Positions 9,570 to 18,455 of a DNA stretch of 52,876 nt are shown here, piece after piece. The stretch lies in NCBI GenBank assembly GCA_050124795.1, contig JASFEO010000006.1, positions 1-52,876 of the forward strand, in the 5' to 3' direction. The notes below the pieces were generated by a model. It had not been told where the DNA came from. It ran no database searches and saw only the letters and a list, made by a program, of their open reading frames with translations. Numbering within the stretch: the stretch's first letter is position 1; the number at the start of each line of letters is the position of its first letter. Position numbers and translations under genes: made by a program. Source of the stretch: Candidatus Pacearchaeota archaeon (GTDB lineage: Archaea; Nanobdellota; Nanobdellia; Pacearchaeales; GW2011-AR1).

Positions 9570-12500
9570 TTAAACCTTCTTCTTAACAGCATCTTCTGCC
9601 TGCTTCATCAGATCAGGATCAAGAACAATTTTCTTTTTCTCTGAAGATGCGCATTTATTATTTTCTTCTTCAGAAATTTTTCCTGTATTATCAAGATTCA
9701 TTTCAGGATTTGCTCCTGCATTAACTTCTTTCTCTTCATTAGTTTTTTTAATATTTGCTTTCTCTTCGGCATTTGCAATTTCGGGGGTCTTTCCAAAATT
9801 CTTTGGATCAGCTTCGCTCTTTTTAGTTTCAACAAATTCCTTCCTCGACTCCTGCGCCTCCTTAACGGATTTCTTAATTTCATCCTCGCTGACAAGTTTA
9901 ATCTCTCTCTTTGGCGGAGCCTTCCCTAAAGTTTCCCATGCCTTCTCCACCCTCGGCTTCAGTCCTTCCAGATAAATTTCCACGACGCTAAAATTCCCGC
10001 TCATCACTTTATCCTTAACAAGTTTCAATTCCATTCGAAGATCAAAAACATCCTGCTTTTCACGCTCAAGCGCATCAATCGAAAACTCCAAATCATCAAC
10101 AATATCATTATACTTATTATATTTCTCAAGTTCCTCATCAGGCAATCGACGGGTATTATGCAGGATGGGCCTGAAATTTATGAAATAAGGTCGACCCCGA
10201 TTATACTCTGCATTCTGAAACATCGCAACTCCAACTTCAGCACGAATCAAAGATTTCAAAAACCCCTCACCATACTTTGTTTTTATCCTCTCCAAATCTC
10301 CTTCCTCCAATGTTCTCGTCTGAACCTCAGTATTAATATTCGCTTTAATCTCTCCAACAAAATCATTCAAAACCTGACTAATCAACATCATCCCTAATCC
10401 CCATTTCCTGAATTCACGACACGCTCTCTCAACCTGCAAAAATCCCTGCCCGCTTCCACCAAACTTACTTAATAACCTATGAACCTCATCAAACACCAAA
10501 AGAACTTTCAATACAGGAGATTCCTTGGGATCAGACTTAAAAACTTGCCTGATAACATTTGAAACAAAAATATCCATATCTTTTGGATCAAGTTTATTCA
10601 AACTAAAAATCTGAATCTGTCCGGGGGAAACATATTTATTAATATCAATTAATTCCCTTGCATGAGTAACCTGCCGAACATTTCCTTTAAACGCCCGTGC
10701 ATCAGTCTCTTTTAATCCGAACTTGGGATAATAACTCATCATTTTTTTGTCAGTGCATTTTCTAAGCATCCCGCTCCACTGCGCAGTCGGATCAAACACA
10801 ATCACAGCAATATTATTCATCAAAGCCTCTTCAATTATAACCTGCGCAGAAATACTTTTTCCCATACCAGTAGCACCAGCAACAATCGCATGCGTTGTCA
10901 ATCGTTCAAGTTCATAATAAGCAGGATGTTTTGTCTCAGCAATATTGCCAAGACGCGCAACACCCTTCCCTGGCTTTGGCAGAGTCGCAAATTCAACAGC
11001 AACACTATATCTTTTCTTTTTATCCTTATATCTTTTGTAAAGAAAAAAATTCAAAAAACTAAAACTAATAAATGAGATAATTGCAAACATCGCCCAAAGA
11101 GGAAGACCAAAAAAGGAATAAAGATAAAGAGGTTTTGAAATCAAAAGATGGGCAACAGAAACAGAAAACAAATTCAAATAAGTCGCCTCAACTTCTAAAA
11201 CAAAATCTCCCTCTGAGACTTCAGAAGGAATTTTAACTTTCCTTAAAATCGCATGTGAATTAGAAATCTCTTCATTAAATTCATCTAAATTATAAATGCT
11301 TGAACTATTTAAATCCCTTATTCTCGTCTTAAAATTAACATTATAACTTTGTCCCCTCAACAAATTTTGAAGATTCAACTGGTATTGCAAAGTATCTTCC
11401 GGATGCAAAACAGTATTAAATAATTCAACATCCATCAAAAGAACTTCAATAGGGAGATTTTTTTCAACAACTTTTATTTGAATTGGAATTTCCTGATCCA
11501 GATCTCCTCCGATTGTCAATGTCCCGTTATATTGGCCTATATCCGCGGTTCCATAAACAGTTATGCCAAGGTTGGAAAATGTATCCGGAATAACAGAGAC
11601 ACTTGTCTTATCGATTTTAACAAAATCTTTTAAATTAGAAGACAAAGAAAAAGTCGCCTGCAAGGCAGAACTCTTAAAATTATAAACAGAAAGACTTTTT
11701 TCAACAAAAGTATTTTTTCTTACTTCAACATTAATCTCCTTTGTGCTAATCCAATAATCAACTCCCTGGGGGATGATATCTTCAGGCCTCTCATCATATC
11801 TGCCGTCATCAGAATCAGTGTAGGGTCCTGTGGGATAAGAATAAGCATCTAATGTAGAATTTAAGGTTATATTATAGTTCACTGAACTGGTGTTTGCAGT
11901 AAAATTAAGCATTGCATAATAATTATTATAAGAAGGCTTTATTGCAACAATTGCATGAGACCCAACATTAATCCCCGGATAAAAAGAATAATAACCCCCC
12001 GAATCAGTATACGCGGTTTCACTTCCAAGGATTACTTTTGCAGTTGACACCGCACTTCCTGTTTCATCACGAACATAACCATAAACATGAGGAATTAAAG
12101 AATCTATCTGCCCCGGCGTCTGCAAACTCAGAGTCAAATTTTCTTCAAGAACATAATCAGTAAAATTAACAGATACATTGCTAAAAAGATTGTCGTAATT
12201 TTCTTTTGTTGCAAACAAATTATATGTTCCGGGAACAACTGTAAAAAGAAATGAAAAAAAACCATTCTCATCACTTAAATCAGAATATCCTGCCACAGTT
12301 ACACTCACATTTGCAAGAGCAGTTCCATTTTCATCAAAAGTATATCCGGAAAGATTTGCCTCAACATTATTTCCAATTCCCCCGCCGGGACAAACATCAT
12401 TCGGATCCGTAAAAAAGTAGTATGTCTCTGTAACATTCTCTCTTGTGGGGAGGATCATCTGAAAATTAACTAATTTCTCTTCATTATAAGATGCCTGAAT

Positions 12501-13142
12501 ATCTGAAACATGTGTAACATAAACTAAATTCACACCGTCACTCAAAATACCCAAATCAAAAACATCGTTATTGCCATCATACTTATATGTATATGCCGCG
12601 GGAATATTAGTTATATTAGTCTCGCCCACCATTACACTCATATTCTCAAGATAAGTATTTATTGCGCATTCAACTTTCCCGGAGCACCCGGTAAAACTAT
12701 CTATATCCGAAGGGGATGCAGGAACCAAATTATCAAAATCAACTGTTGAAGAAATAGAGGCATAAACTTCAGGTCCTCCGGCTGCAGAAGTATCAATACA
12801 ATCAAAAAATAAATCCTGTCTCGTAATCTCAGCATTATCAAAATCACCATACAACTGCTCAGTAAAATTTGAAACTCTCAGGGCAAGACCATAAATCCCC
12901 GTCCAATGAGTCGTATCAAAACTTCTTGTAATCTGCACATTTGTAATTGTTCCTGCCTGGCTGGAAAGATAATTAGCATAACCAGTCATTGAAAGTTTTG
13001 CCAAAAAAAACAAAAGCAAAATAGAAACTGAAACCGCAGTGATTAAAAAAAGAAAAAAAACAACTTTCTTCTCAAAATTCTTTTGCTTAATTTCTTTTTT
13101 TGCAAGATGTAAAACCCCTGTTTTTTTATACTTTATAGACAT
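9570..13142 (-). CDS. Membrane-anchored HerA/FtsK-superfamily (DUF87/VirB4-like) ATPase with a large ectodomain
   Basis: N-terminal TM, subunit-like domain, two carboxypeptidase-regulatory-like repeats (GYTFDENGTALANVSV; GYVRDETGSAVSTAKV), Ig modules and a second TM. Walker A GATGMGKS, VFDP, Walker B LLVFDEVHR, REFRKWG..LISQ. Confidence 0.85.
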   Translation of the reverse strand: MSIKYKKTGVLHLAKKEIKQKNFEKKVVFFLFLITAVSVSILLLFFLAKLSMTGYANYLSSQAGTITNVQITRSFDTTHWTGIYGLALRVSNFTEQLYGDFDNAEITRQDLFFDCIDTSAAGGPEVYASISSTVDFDNLVPASPSDIDSFTGCSGKVECAINTYLENMSVMVGETNITNIPAAYTYKYDGNNDVFDLGILSDGVNLVYVTHVSDIQASYNEEKLVNFQMILPTRENVTETYYFFTDPNDVCPGGGIGNNVEANLSGYTFDENGTALANVSVTVAGYSDLSDENGFFSFLFTVVPGTYNLFATKENYDNLFSNVSVNFTDYVLEENLTLSLQTPGQIDSLIPHVYGYVRDETGSAVSTAKVILGSETAYTDSGGYYSFYPGINVGSHAIVAIKPSYNNYYAMLNFTANTSSVNYNITLNSTLDAYSYPTGPYTDSDDGRYDERPEDIIPQGVDYWISTKEINVEVRKNTFVEKSLSVYNFKSSALQATFSLSSNLKDFVKIDKTSVSVIPDTFSNLGITVYGTADIGQYNGTLTIGGDLDQEIPIQIKVVEKNLPIEVLLMDVELFNTVLHPEDTLQYQLNLQNLLRGQSYNVNFKTRIRDLNSSSIYNLDEFNEEISNSHAILRKVKIPSEVSEGDFVLEVEATYLNLFSVSVAHLLISKPLYLYSFFGLPLWAMFAIISFISFSFLNFFLYKRYKDKKKRYSVAVEFATLPKPGKGVARLGNIAETKHPAYYELERLTTHAIVAGATGMGKSISAQVIIEEALMNNIAVIVFDPTAQWSGMLRKCTDKKMMSYYPKFGLKETDARAFKGNVRQVTHARELIDINKYVSPGQIQIFSLNKLDPKDMDIFVSNVIRQVFKSDPKESPVLKVLLVFDEVHRLLSKFGGSGQGFLQVERACREFRKWGLGMMLISQVLNDFVGEIKANINTEVQTRTLEEGDLERIKTKYGEGFLKSLIRAEVGVAMFQNAEYNRGRPYFINFRPILHNTRRLPDEELEKYNKYNDIVDDLEFSIDALEREKQDVFDLRMELKLVKDKVMSGNFSVVEIYLEGLKPRVEKAWETLGKAPPKREIKLVSEDEIKKSVKEAQESRKEFVETKKSEADPKNFGKTPEIANAEEKANIKKTNEEKEVNAGANPEMNLDNTGKISEEENNKCASSEKKKIVLDPDLMKQAEDAVKKKV
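9833..10863. repeat. ~1.03-kb near-identical direct repeat (ATPase domain), copy 1; copy 2 at 20912..21942
   Basis: Offset 11079. Mismatches seen only near the edges (9837, 9920, 9927, 10860); 9928..10859 appears identical to 21007..21938. Confidence 0.9.
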
Positions 13143-13191
13143 AAAAATAATTATGAAAATAATTTAATAAAGTTATGCTTTGTTAACAGTA

Positions 13192-13854
13192 TTATCCAGG
13201 ACTTTTATCAGGTTTTTCTTCAGTTTTATTATCTGCTTTCTCTTTCCCGTTTCCTTCTCTGTCAGATGTTTTATTTTTAAAAATCCTTGAAGATACTCTC
13301 CTAAAAAACCCTTTGATAAAATTAAAAACCCTGATAAATAAATTCTTAATTAAAATCAAAAAATATTTTATCTTCAAAAATACTTTCTTAAAAAATCCTC
13401 CAATATAAAATTTAAGTTCAATATAAGCATTGATTATTTCAAGTTTCATTGTCAAATAAAAAAGAACAAATTTCGCAGGCAAAAATCTTCTTACAAAATT
13501 CCTAAAATTTATTCTAAAATTAAATCTAAAAACCTTCCACCAAACTCCTGTCCTCTCTTTATACCCTGGGTTCATATCAAACTTTTCAATCTTAAGTTTA
13601 GTTGGAAGTTTCTTTTTTATCTCTTCATCTTTTGGAGCTTCATTTTTAGTAAAAAGCACAGCATCTTTTCTCTTCAAAAACTTAGAAACATTATTTTGAT
13701 ACTCACTCATTAAAAGTTTCAATTTCTCATGATACTCCTGCTCTAACCCCTTTCTTTTTCCCTTATTCTCAGGCAAATTGACTTTCTTAAGGAATGCTTC
13801 ATCTTCATGTTCAACATTTAATTTATATTGATCCTCAATTTCTTCTAAATCCAT
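13192..13854 (-). CDS. Hypothetical protein with long basic amphipathic helices
   Basis: 220-aa ORF, F/K/R-rich C-terminal half, co-oriented with the locus. Confidence 0.65.
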   Translation of the reverse strand: MDLEEIEDQYKLNVEHEDEAFLKKVNLPENKGKRKGLEQEYHEKLKLLMSEYQNNVSKFLKRKDAVLFTKNEAPKDEEIKKKLPTKLKIEKFDMNPGYKERTGVWWKVFRFNFRINFRNFVRRFLPAKFVLFYLTMKLEIINAYIELKFYIGGFFKKVFLKIKYFLILIKNLFIRVFNFIKGFFRRVSSRIFKNKTSDREGNGKEKADNKTEEKPDKSPG

Positions 13855-13988
13855 TTAATATTAAAAAATCAAAACTATATAAATTTGCCTTTATCAAAAC
13901 TTCTTCAAAAAAACAAGACACTAAATATTCTTCGGATAAATTCAAATAATAATCAGGGTTATTTAATTAAAAAGTTTCTCAAAAAATC

Positions 13989-14306
13989 TTATCTGCAATA
14001 ACAAAGGCATTCATAACAAGAACCGGTTTCATCACTAAATTCAACCCTCACAAAAGACTTATCAAGAACATTGCATTCATTATTGCACATCACCTTACAA
14101 TTATCTTCAGATTTAATTTCATGTATTAAATTTCCAACAGCAACTCCGCAATTATCCTCAATAACAATCAGTTGAGTGCTTTTAAAAAAAGTTTTAAAAT
14201 CAGAATTAATTATTAAAAGAATAACCAAAACAAAAATTAAAACTCCAACCAAAATTAAAAGTTTCTTAATTAACTTTTTTTGTTTTCGCATTTTCTTGTG
14301 CCGCAT
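13989..14306 (-). CDS. Small membrane-anchored Cys-rich protein
   Basis: Basic N-terminus, one TM, 8 Cys ending CYECLCYCR. Confidence 0.7.
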   Translation of the reverse strand: MRHKKMRKQKKLIKKLLILVGVLIFVLVILLIINSDFKTFFKSTQLIVIEDNCGVAVGNLIHEIKSEDNCKVMCNNECNVLDKSFVRVEFSDETGSCYECLCYCR

Positions 14307-15123
14307 TTTTATTAGTAGATGCTGCAGAGGCTTTCTTTACCCCGGAAGATTTCGGGAACAATTTTTTTGCAGAGTTTAAAGAAGTTTTATTTTGAGCCTG
14401 AGTGGAAATCTCTTTCTTAACAACTTTTTGTTCTCCTCCCTCTTTTTTACTTTTGCAAATTTTTACAAATTCCGCCAACAATTCTTTTAGTTCCAATTCC
14501 TGTTCTTTTATTTCTTCTTCTTTTTCTACCAACTCAAAATAAGCAGTCTGCCAGATTTTTTCAAGTTCCTGCAATTTTAAAATCTTGCCGGAAATCTTTT
14601 CCTGAAAATTCTTGCCTAAAATTTTGATAATAGAATCCGTTTTTTGATTTTCCCAATAACTCTTCATATCTTTTATAACATCTCTTTTTTCAAATTTATC
14701 CTTGTACCATGATTCAAATTGATTAAAATCAGAAATCTCTTCTTTCAAATCATTTTGCAAATCCCCAAAAAAACTCTTTTCATCAATCGCAGCAGAAGTT
14801 TCTTTGAGTTCACCAGTTTTAACTTCTTTCTCTGCTGTAGGCTTTACAACGGGAGTCGGCTCAGAAGACTGCGGTTTCTTGATATCAACAGTTTCCTTTT
14901 TAACCTCAACAGATTCTTCTTTTTTTGCCCCCCCGGAAACATCCTGCGTTGGAGAACTAAGCGTGTTTAATTTAGTATTAACATCAGGGGATTTAAGTTC
15001 TTCAGTTTTTTTTGCTTCTTCTTGTTTAAGGTGGTCATGGACCTCTTTATTTCCTGATTCTAAATCATCCAAAGCTAATTCAGGTAATTCGCTTGGAACA
15101 GCTTTTCTTTTAAATAATCCCAT
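14266..15123 (-). CDS. Cytoplasmic coiled-coil protein with N-terminal MGLFKRK
   Basis: Start moved to ATG 15123, which follows GGAGGA; disordered linker then coiled coil. Confidence 0.7.
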   Translation of the reverse strand: MGLFKRKAVPSELPELALDDLESGNKEVHDHLKQEEAKKTEELKSPDVNTKLNTLSSPTQDVSGGAKKEESVEVKKETVDIKKPQSSEPTPVVKPTAEKEVKTGELKETSAAIDEKSFFGDLQNDLKEEISDFNQFESWYKDKFEKRDVIKDMKSYWENQKTDSIIKILGKNFQEKISGKILKLQELEKIWQTAYFELVEKEEEIKEQELELKELLAEFVKICKSKKEGGEQKVVKKEISTQAQNKTSLNSAKKLFPKSSGVKKASAASTNKNAAQENAKTKKVN

Positions 15124-15176
15124 TTGTTCCTCCTTTTTTACAAAACAAAACATATTTAAAAAACTTATTCTCCATT

Positions 15177-15374
15177 TTAAGTTATTATCACTTTTGCTTT
15201 TTTATTTAAAAATTCTTTCGGCAAAACAACGTGGCAACCATTACCAAATGCCTTAACATCTTTTTGAATTATCTTCTTAATTGAATTAAGAGACTCCATT
15301 GTCTTTTCTATCGAAGAGAGATCTTTAACAATAGAATTAACTTTTTCATTTAGAATTTTTTTTGAATCAGCCAT
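15177..15374 (-). CDS. DUF2080-like (AbrB-fold) small DNA-binding protein
   Basis: KDVKAFGNGCHVVLPKEFLNKKAKVII motif. Confidence 0.65.
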   Translation of the reverse strand: MADSKKILNEKVNSIVKDLSSIEKTMESLNSIKKIIQKDVKAFGNGCHVVLPKEFLNKKAKVIIT

Positions 15375-15404
15375 ATATACTTTAGTATATATTAGTTTAT
15401 AAAC
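15373..15404 (-). promoter_or_regulatory. Inverted repeat ATATATAC-ttta-GTATATAT over the start codon, with a TATA box
   Basis: IR at 15373..15392; TTTATAAA at 15397..15404, consistent with a leaderless transcript. Confidence 0.5.
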
Positions 15405-15512
15405 TTTTCGCTTAACAAAAATTAAAAAAATTTGTGGCAGGGATTTATTCAGGTCAAAAAAAATCTTTGAATTAGGACAGCCCAGATAAAATTTTCTTTT
15501 TTCAAAATAAAA

Positions 15513-17357
15513 CTAAACTAGATCATAATAAAAATAAATATCCTCTGTATTATCTGAATAATAATCCCTCAAACTCACAGGAACCCTTATTTCATAATCA
15601 TAAATCCCGTATGCCCCATTAGAATTCTTATTTAGTTCCGCAACAAAAACGACATCTTCTTTATCGCTTAATCCATATTCTCCGTCAGAATCATCAGAAA
15701 CATCCCACAAAATCCCGGTGAAAAATGCAGAATTATTTGTCGAATTAATTATCGGAACTCCTGAAATATTATTTTGGTGTATAAAAAAATCCTTAGTTAA
15801 AACAGGCTCCCCGTCAACAGTAAAAACATTTTCAACAGAATCTTCAAAATTGTTTGTTCCCAAAAAAGAATCAATTTCACTAAAATCATTTTCACTCGAA
15901 GCACCGAATTTATCAAAACCAATCGCAGTAAGATTCGTCCAATCAATATCACTTTCCATATCTGTCATAAAAATATTTCCGCTCAAATTAAGGTCTTCCC
16001 CCCAAAAAGAAAGATTATTCATAAGATTATCAGATAAAATTTTTATCCCGCTTACATTTCCATAAAATTCCTGCCACATCCCAACATCAATCGTTTGATT
16101 AAACTCGTTATTTGTTTCATTAAACTCACTAATTGAATCTCCAACATCTGAAAAAACAAAAAGGTTAGTTGAACCAATTTTCGAATTCCAGGTAATATTA
16201 ACACTTTTATTTGATAAACCTCCAAGAGAGATTGTTTGATTGCTCCCAACCTGAATTCCAAAAAGAGCTTCCCCTTCATAAAATCCCACAAGAAAATTAT
16301 TCGCATTACTGCACCCATTATTAAAAATAAGCGTGCTTACAATTATAGATTCGTTTTCAAAAGGATCCTCCTTACTAAAATTAATTTCAGGATAGACAAA
16401 TAAATCCGGAAAATCAGGATAAACTTCAAAATTATTATAAGACATGTTCGCAGAATTATTTGAATAATCAAATGAAATGCACTTAAAATCCCATACACCC
16501 TCCAGATCAAGAGAGATGTCCGCAGCATAATCGTCCCCTGATAAAAAAGTTGCAGAATAATTCGTCACAGTGCCATTGGGTTTTGCCGCTTCAATAAAGA
16601 CCCTTTCTACTCCGAATGAATCATTTGTATTGCAAGTAACCCGAACAAAATCAGAACTCCCGCAAACAAAACTCTCATTCACTAAAACAGAATTCACAAC
16701 TGGTTTTGTTAGATCAACAGTAAAAGTAAAATTGTCTTCGGAATATGAAGATATAGAAAGATTATCCTCTGCAAAACAAGCCCATTCATAGATTCCTTCA
16801 GACAAATTTTTTGTAAATAAGGCAGAACCAGAAACACCTGCTGCGCTTTTTGTTTCATTTAAATGCCATCCTGACCAATTTCCGTAAAGACTAACATTTG
16901 CAATATCTGAATCCAAATCCACAAATGAACAATTAAAATTAATTAAACCTGAAGAAATGTTTGCAAAATTAACAGGGGAAACTAGTGTTGCATTCGGAAC
17001 ACTATTCCTCGTTATATTTCCCGCAGCATCAAATCCCGCGCCTGTAACAGTTGCATTAGCCTCCCCGCTATAGGGATAAGAAAAAATTTTCACCCTCATT
17101 GTGTCTCCAATTTCGCAAGGGTCATCCAAACCCTCGCAATCAATTAAATAAAAATTATTCTGCCCCGAATTTCCGTTCACACCGATTGTATCTGTTAAAT
17201 TATCACTGATTCCGTTTGCCGGATTCCACAAGACAACTTCAAGATCATTTGCGCTTCCCCCGTCGAGACCATCATTCGCAATTCCCACAATATAATGCGC
17301 TCCCGTCGCGAACTGCAAAGTCAAAACTAAAATTAAAAAAATAAAAAAGTGTTTCAT
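15513..17357 (-). CDS. Secreted multidomain glycoprotein (Ig-like, CARDB-like, C-terminal subunit-like domain); putative tip adhesin
   Basis: Signal peptide; CARDB-type PDLFV...ISEFNETNN; C-terminal WQEFYGNVSG...IYFYYDLV; no TM anchor. Confidence 0.7.
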   Translation of the reverse strand: MKHFFIFLILVLTLQFATGAHYIVGIANDGLDGGSANDLEVVLWNPANGISDNLTDTIGVNGNSGQNNFYLIDCEGLDDPCEIGDTMRVKIFSYPYSGEANATVTGAGFDAAGNITRNSVPNATLVSPVNFANISSGLINFNCSFVDLDSDIANVSLYGNWSGWHLNETKSAAGVSGSALFTKNLSEGIYEWACFAEDNLSISSYSEDNFTFTVDLTKPVVNSVLVNESFVCGSSDFVRVTCNTNDSFGVERVFIEAAKPNGTVTNYSATFLSGDDYAADISLDLEGVWDFKCISFDYSNNSANMSYNNFEVYPDFPDLFVYPEINFSKEDPFENESIIVSTLIFNNGCSNANNFLVGFYEGEALFGIQVGSNQTISLGGLSNKSVNITWNSKIGSTNLFVFSDVGDSISEFNETNNEFNQTIDVGMWQEFYGNVSGIKILSDNLMNNLSFWGEDLNLSGNIFMTDMESDIDWTNLTAIGFDKFGASSENDFSEIDSFLGTNNFEDSVENVFTVDGEPVLTKDFFIHQNNISGVPIINSTNNSAFFTGILWDVSDDSDGEYGLSDKEDVVFVAELNKNSNGAYGIYDYEIRVPVSLRDYYSDNTEDIYFYYDLV

Positions 17358-17360
17358 TTT
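17234..17360. repeat. Exact 127-bp direct repeat, copy 2
   Basis: Identical to 1..127. Confidence 0.95.
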
Positions 17361-17518
17361 TTCTTATCCTCCTCAATTAAAATTTTCTTTTTTTCAGCGT
17401 CAAACTTTAAAACTATTTTTTGCCCCTTCTTCAAACCAAGAGTATCAATAACTGCTTTTGGAATTTTAACCCGATCTCCAACCTGAATTTTCAAATCCCG
17501 AAATATAACTTCTGCCAT
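17354..17518 (-). CDS. AbrB/MazE/SpoVT-family DNA-binding protein (54 aa, absent from the ORF track)
   Basis: Translated by hand: MAEVIFRDLKIQVGDRVKIPKAVIDTLGLKKGQKIVLKFDAEKKKILIEEDKKK; ATGA overlap with the 614-aa gene. Confidence 0.85.
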   Translation of the reverse strand: MAEVIFRDLKIQVGDRVKIPKAVIDTLGLKKGQKIVLKFDAEKKKILIEEDKKK

Positions 17519-17526
17519 TTTTACTA

Positions 17527-17558
17527 TACTTTATAAGTACTTTTAAAAGTATTTAAAT
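17527..17558. promoter_or_regulatory. Divergent promoter with palindrome TACTTTTAAAAGTA
   Basis: Perfect 14-bp palindrome at 17538..17551, overlapping the related TACTTTATAAGTA at 17527..17539. Confidence 0.5.
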
Positions 17559-17608
17559 TTATGGGTAAATTACGAAGCATTTTTTAACAATAAAAACAAT
17601 TATGATTC

Positions 17609-18418
17609 ATGTTAAAAATTCTGCTTAACCCAAAAAAAGCAAAAAGGCATGCTTTTGAATTCTTTATTATAAGTATTTTCTATTCTTCACTTTCAATTCT
17701 TGTAGCATCATTAATCTTTCCGGAATATTCTTCAATTGTGATGGTCTTTCTCTCATCAATTTCATGCCTATACGTAATTCAGGGGGCAATAAAAATAGAA
17801 GAACAAAAAGAAGTTGACACAACAAGCGAAAAAAATTTATTAAAAAAACATTCAAAATTAATCAAATTCATTCTTGCTTTATTCATCGGTTTTGTCGTTG
17901 CCTTTGCATTTTGGAGTTTTATTTTGCCGGATGAGAAAGTTGCAACCACCTTTGAACTTCAGGATAAAGTAATCAGAGGGATTCAATCACAGGGAATTAC
18001 TGGAAATGCTGTTAACAATTCGTCTGCACTAAAGATCATTATCAAAAATAATCTCAAAGTCCTTGCAATATCATTCATACTTTCGCTATTTTACGCTGCA
18101 GGGTCAATCTTTATAATAGTTTGGAATGCAAGCATAATGGGCTTCGCGATAGGGACAATTGCGAGAAATTCTGAAAACTTTCTCTCACTTCCGGTCCTGT
18201 TTACAAAATACTTCCTTCATGGAATACCTGAAATGTTGTCATACATAACAATTATCTTAACTGGGAATATTATTTTTATTTCAGTTTTAAAAAAAGACAT
18301 CTTTAGAGAGGGCGCAAAAAAAAGAGTCCTCATTGATACCGCAATCTTACTAATAATCTCAATCCTGCTTGTTATAATTTCAGCATTAATCGAGGTTTTT
18401 ATTTCGCCATTAATTTAA
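17609..18418 (+). CDS. SpoIIM/DUF95-family integral membrane protein
   Basis: Multiple TMs; IIKNNLKV, WNAS and HGIPE motifs; ALIEVFISP end. Confidence 0.8.
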   Translation: MLKILLNPKKAKRHAFEFFIISIFYSSLSILVASLIFPEYSSIVMVFLSSISCLYVIQGAIKIEEQKEVDTTSEKNLLKKHSKLIKFILALFIGFVVAFAFWSFILPDEKVATTFELQDKVIRGIQSQGITGNAVNNSSALKIIIKNNLKVLAISFILSLFYAAGSIFIIVWNASIMGFAIGTIARNSENFLSLPVLFTKYFLHGIPEMLSYITIILTGNIIFISVLKKDIFREGAKKRVLIDTAILLIISILLVIISALIEVFISPLI

Positions 18419-18455
18419 GAAAAATTTAAATACAAGTATCAAATTTATTTTACTT

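Noticed and set aside
15177-15374. DUF2080-like gene as evidence of a transposon
   Set aside because: No adjacent transposase or terminal repeats; it sits like an operon-leading regulator.
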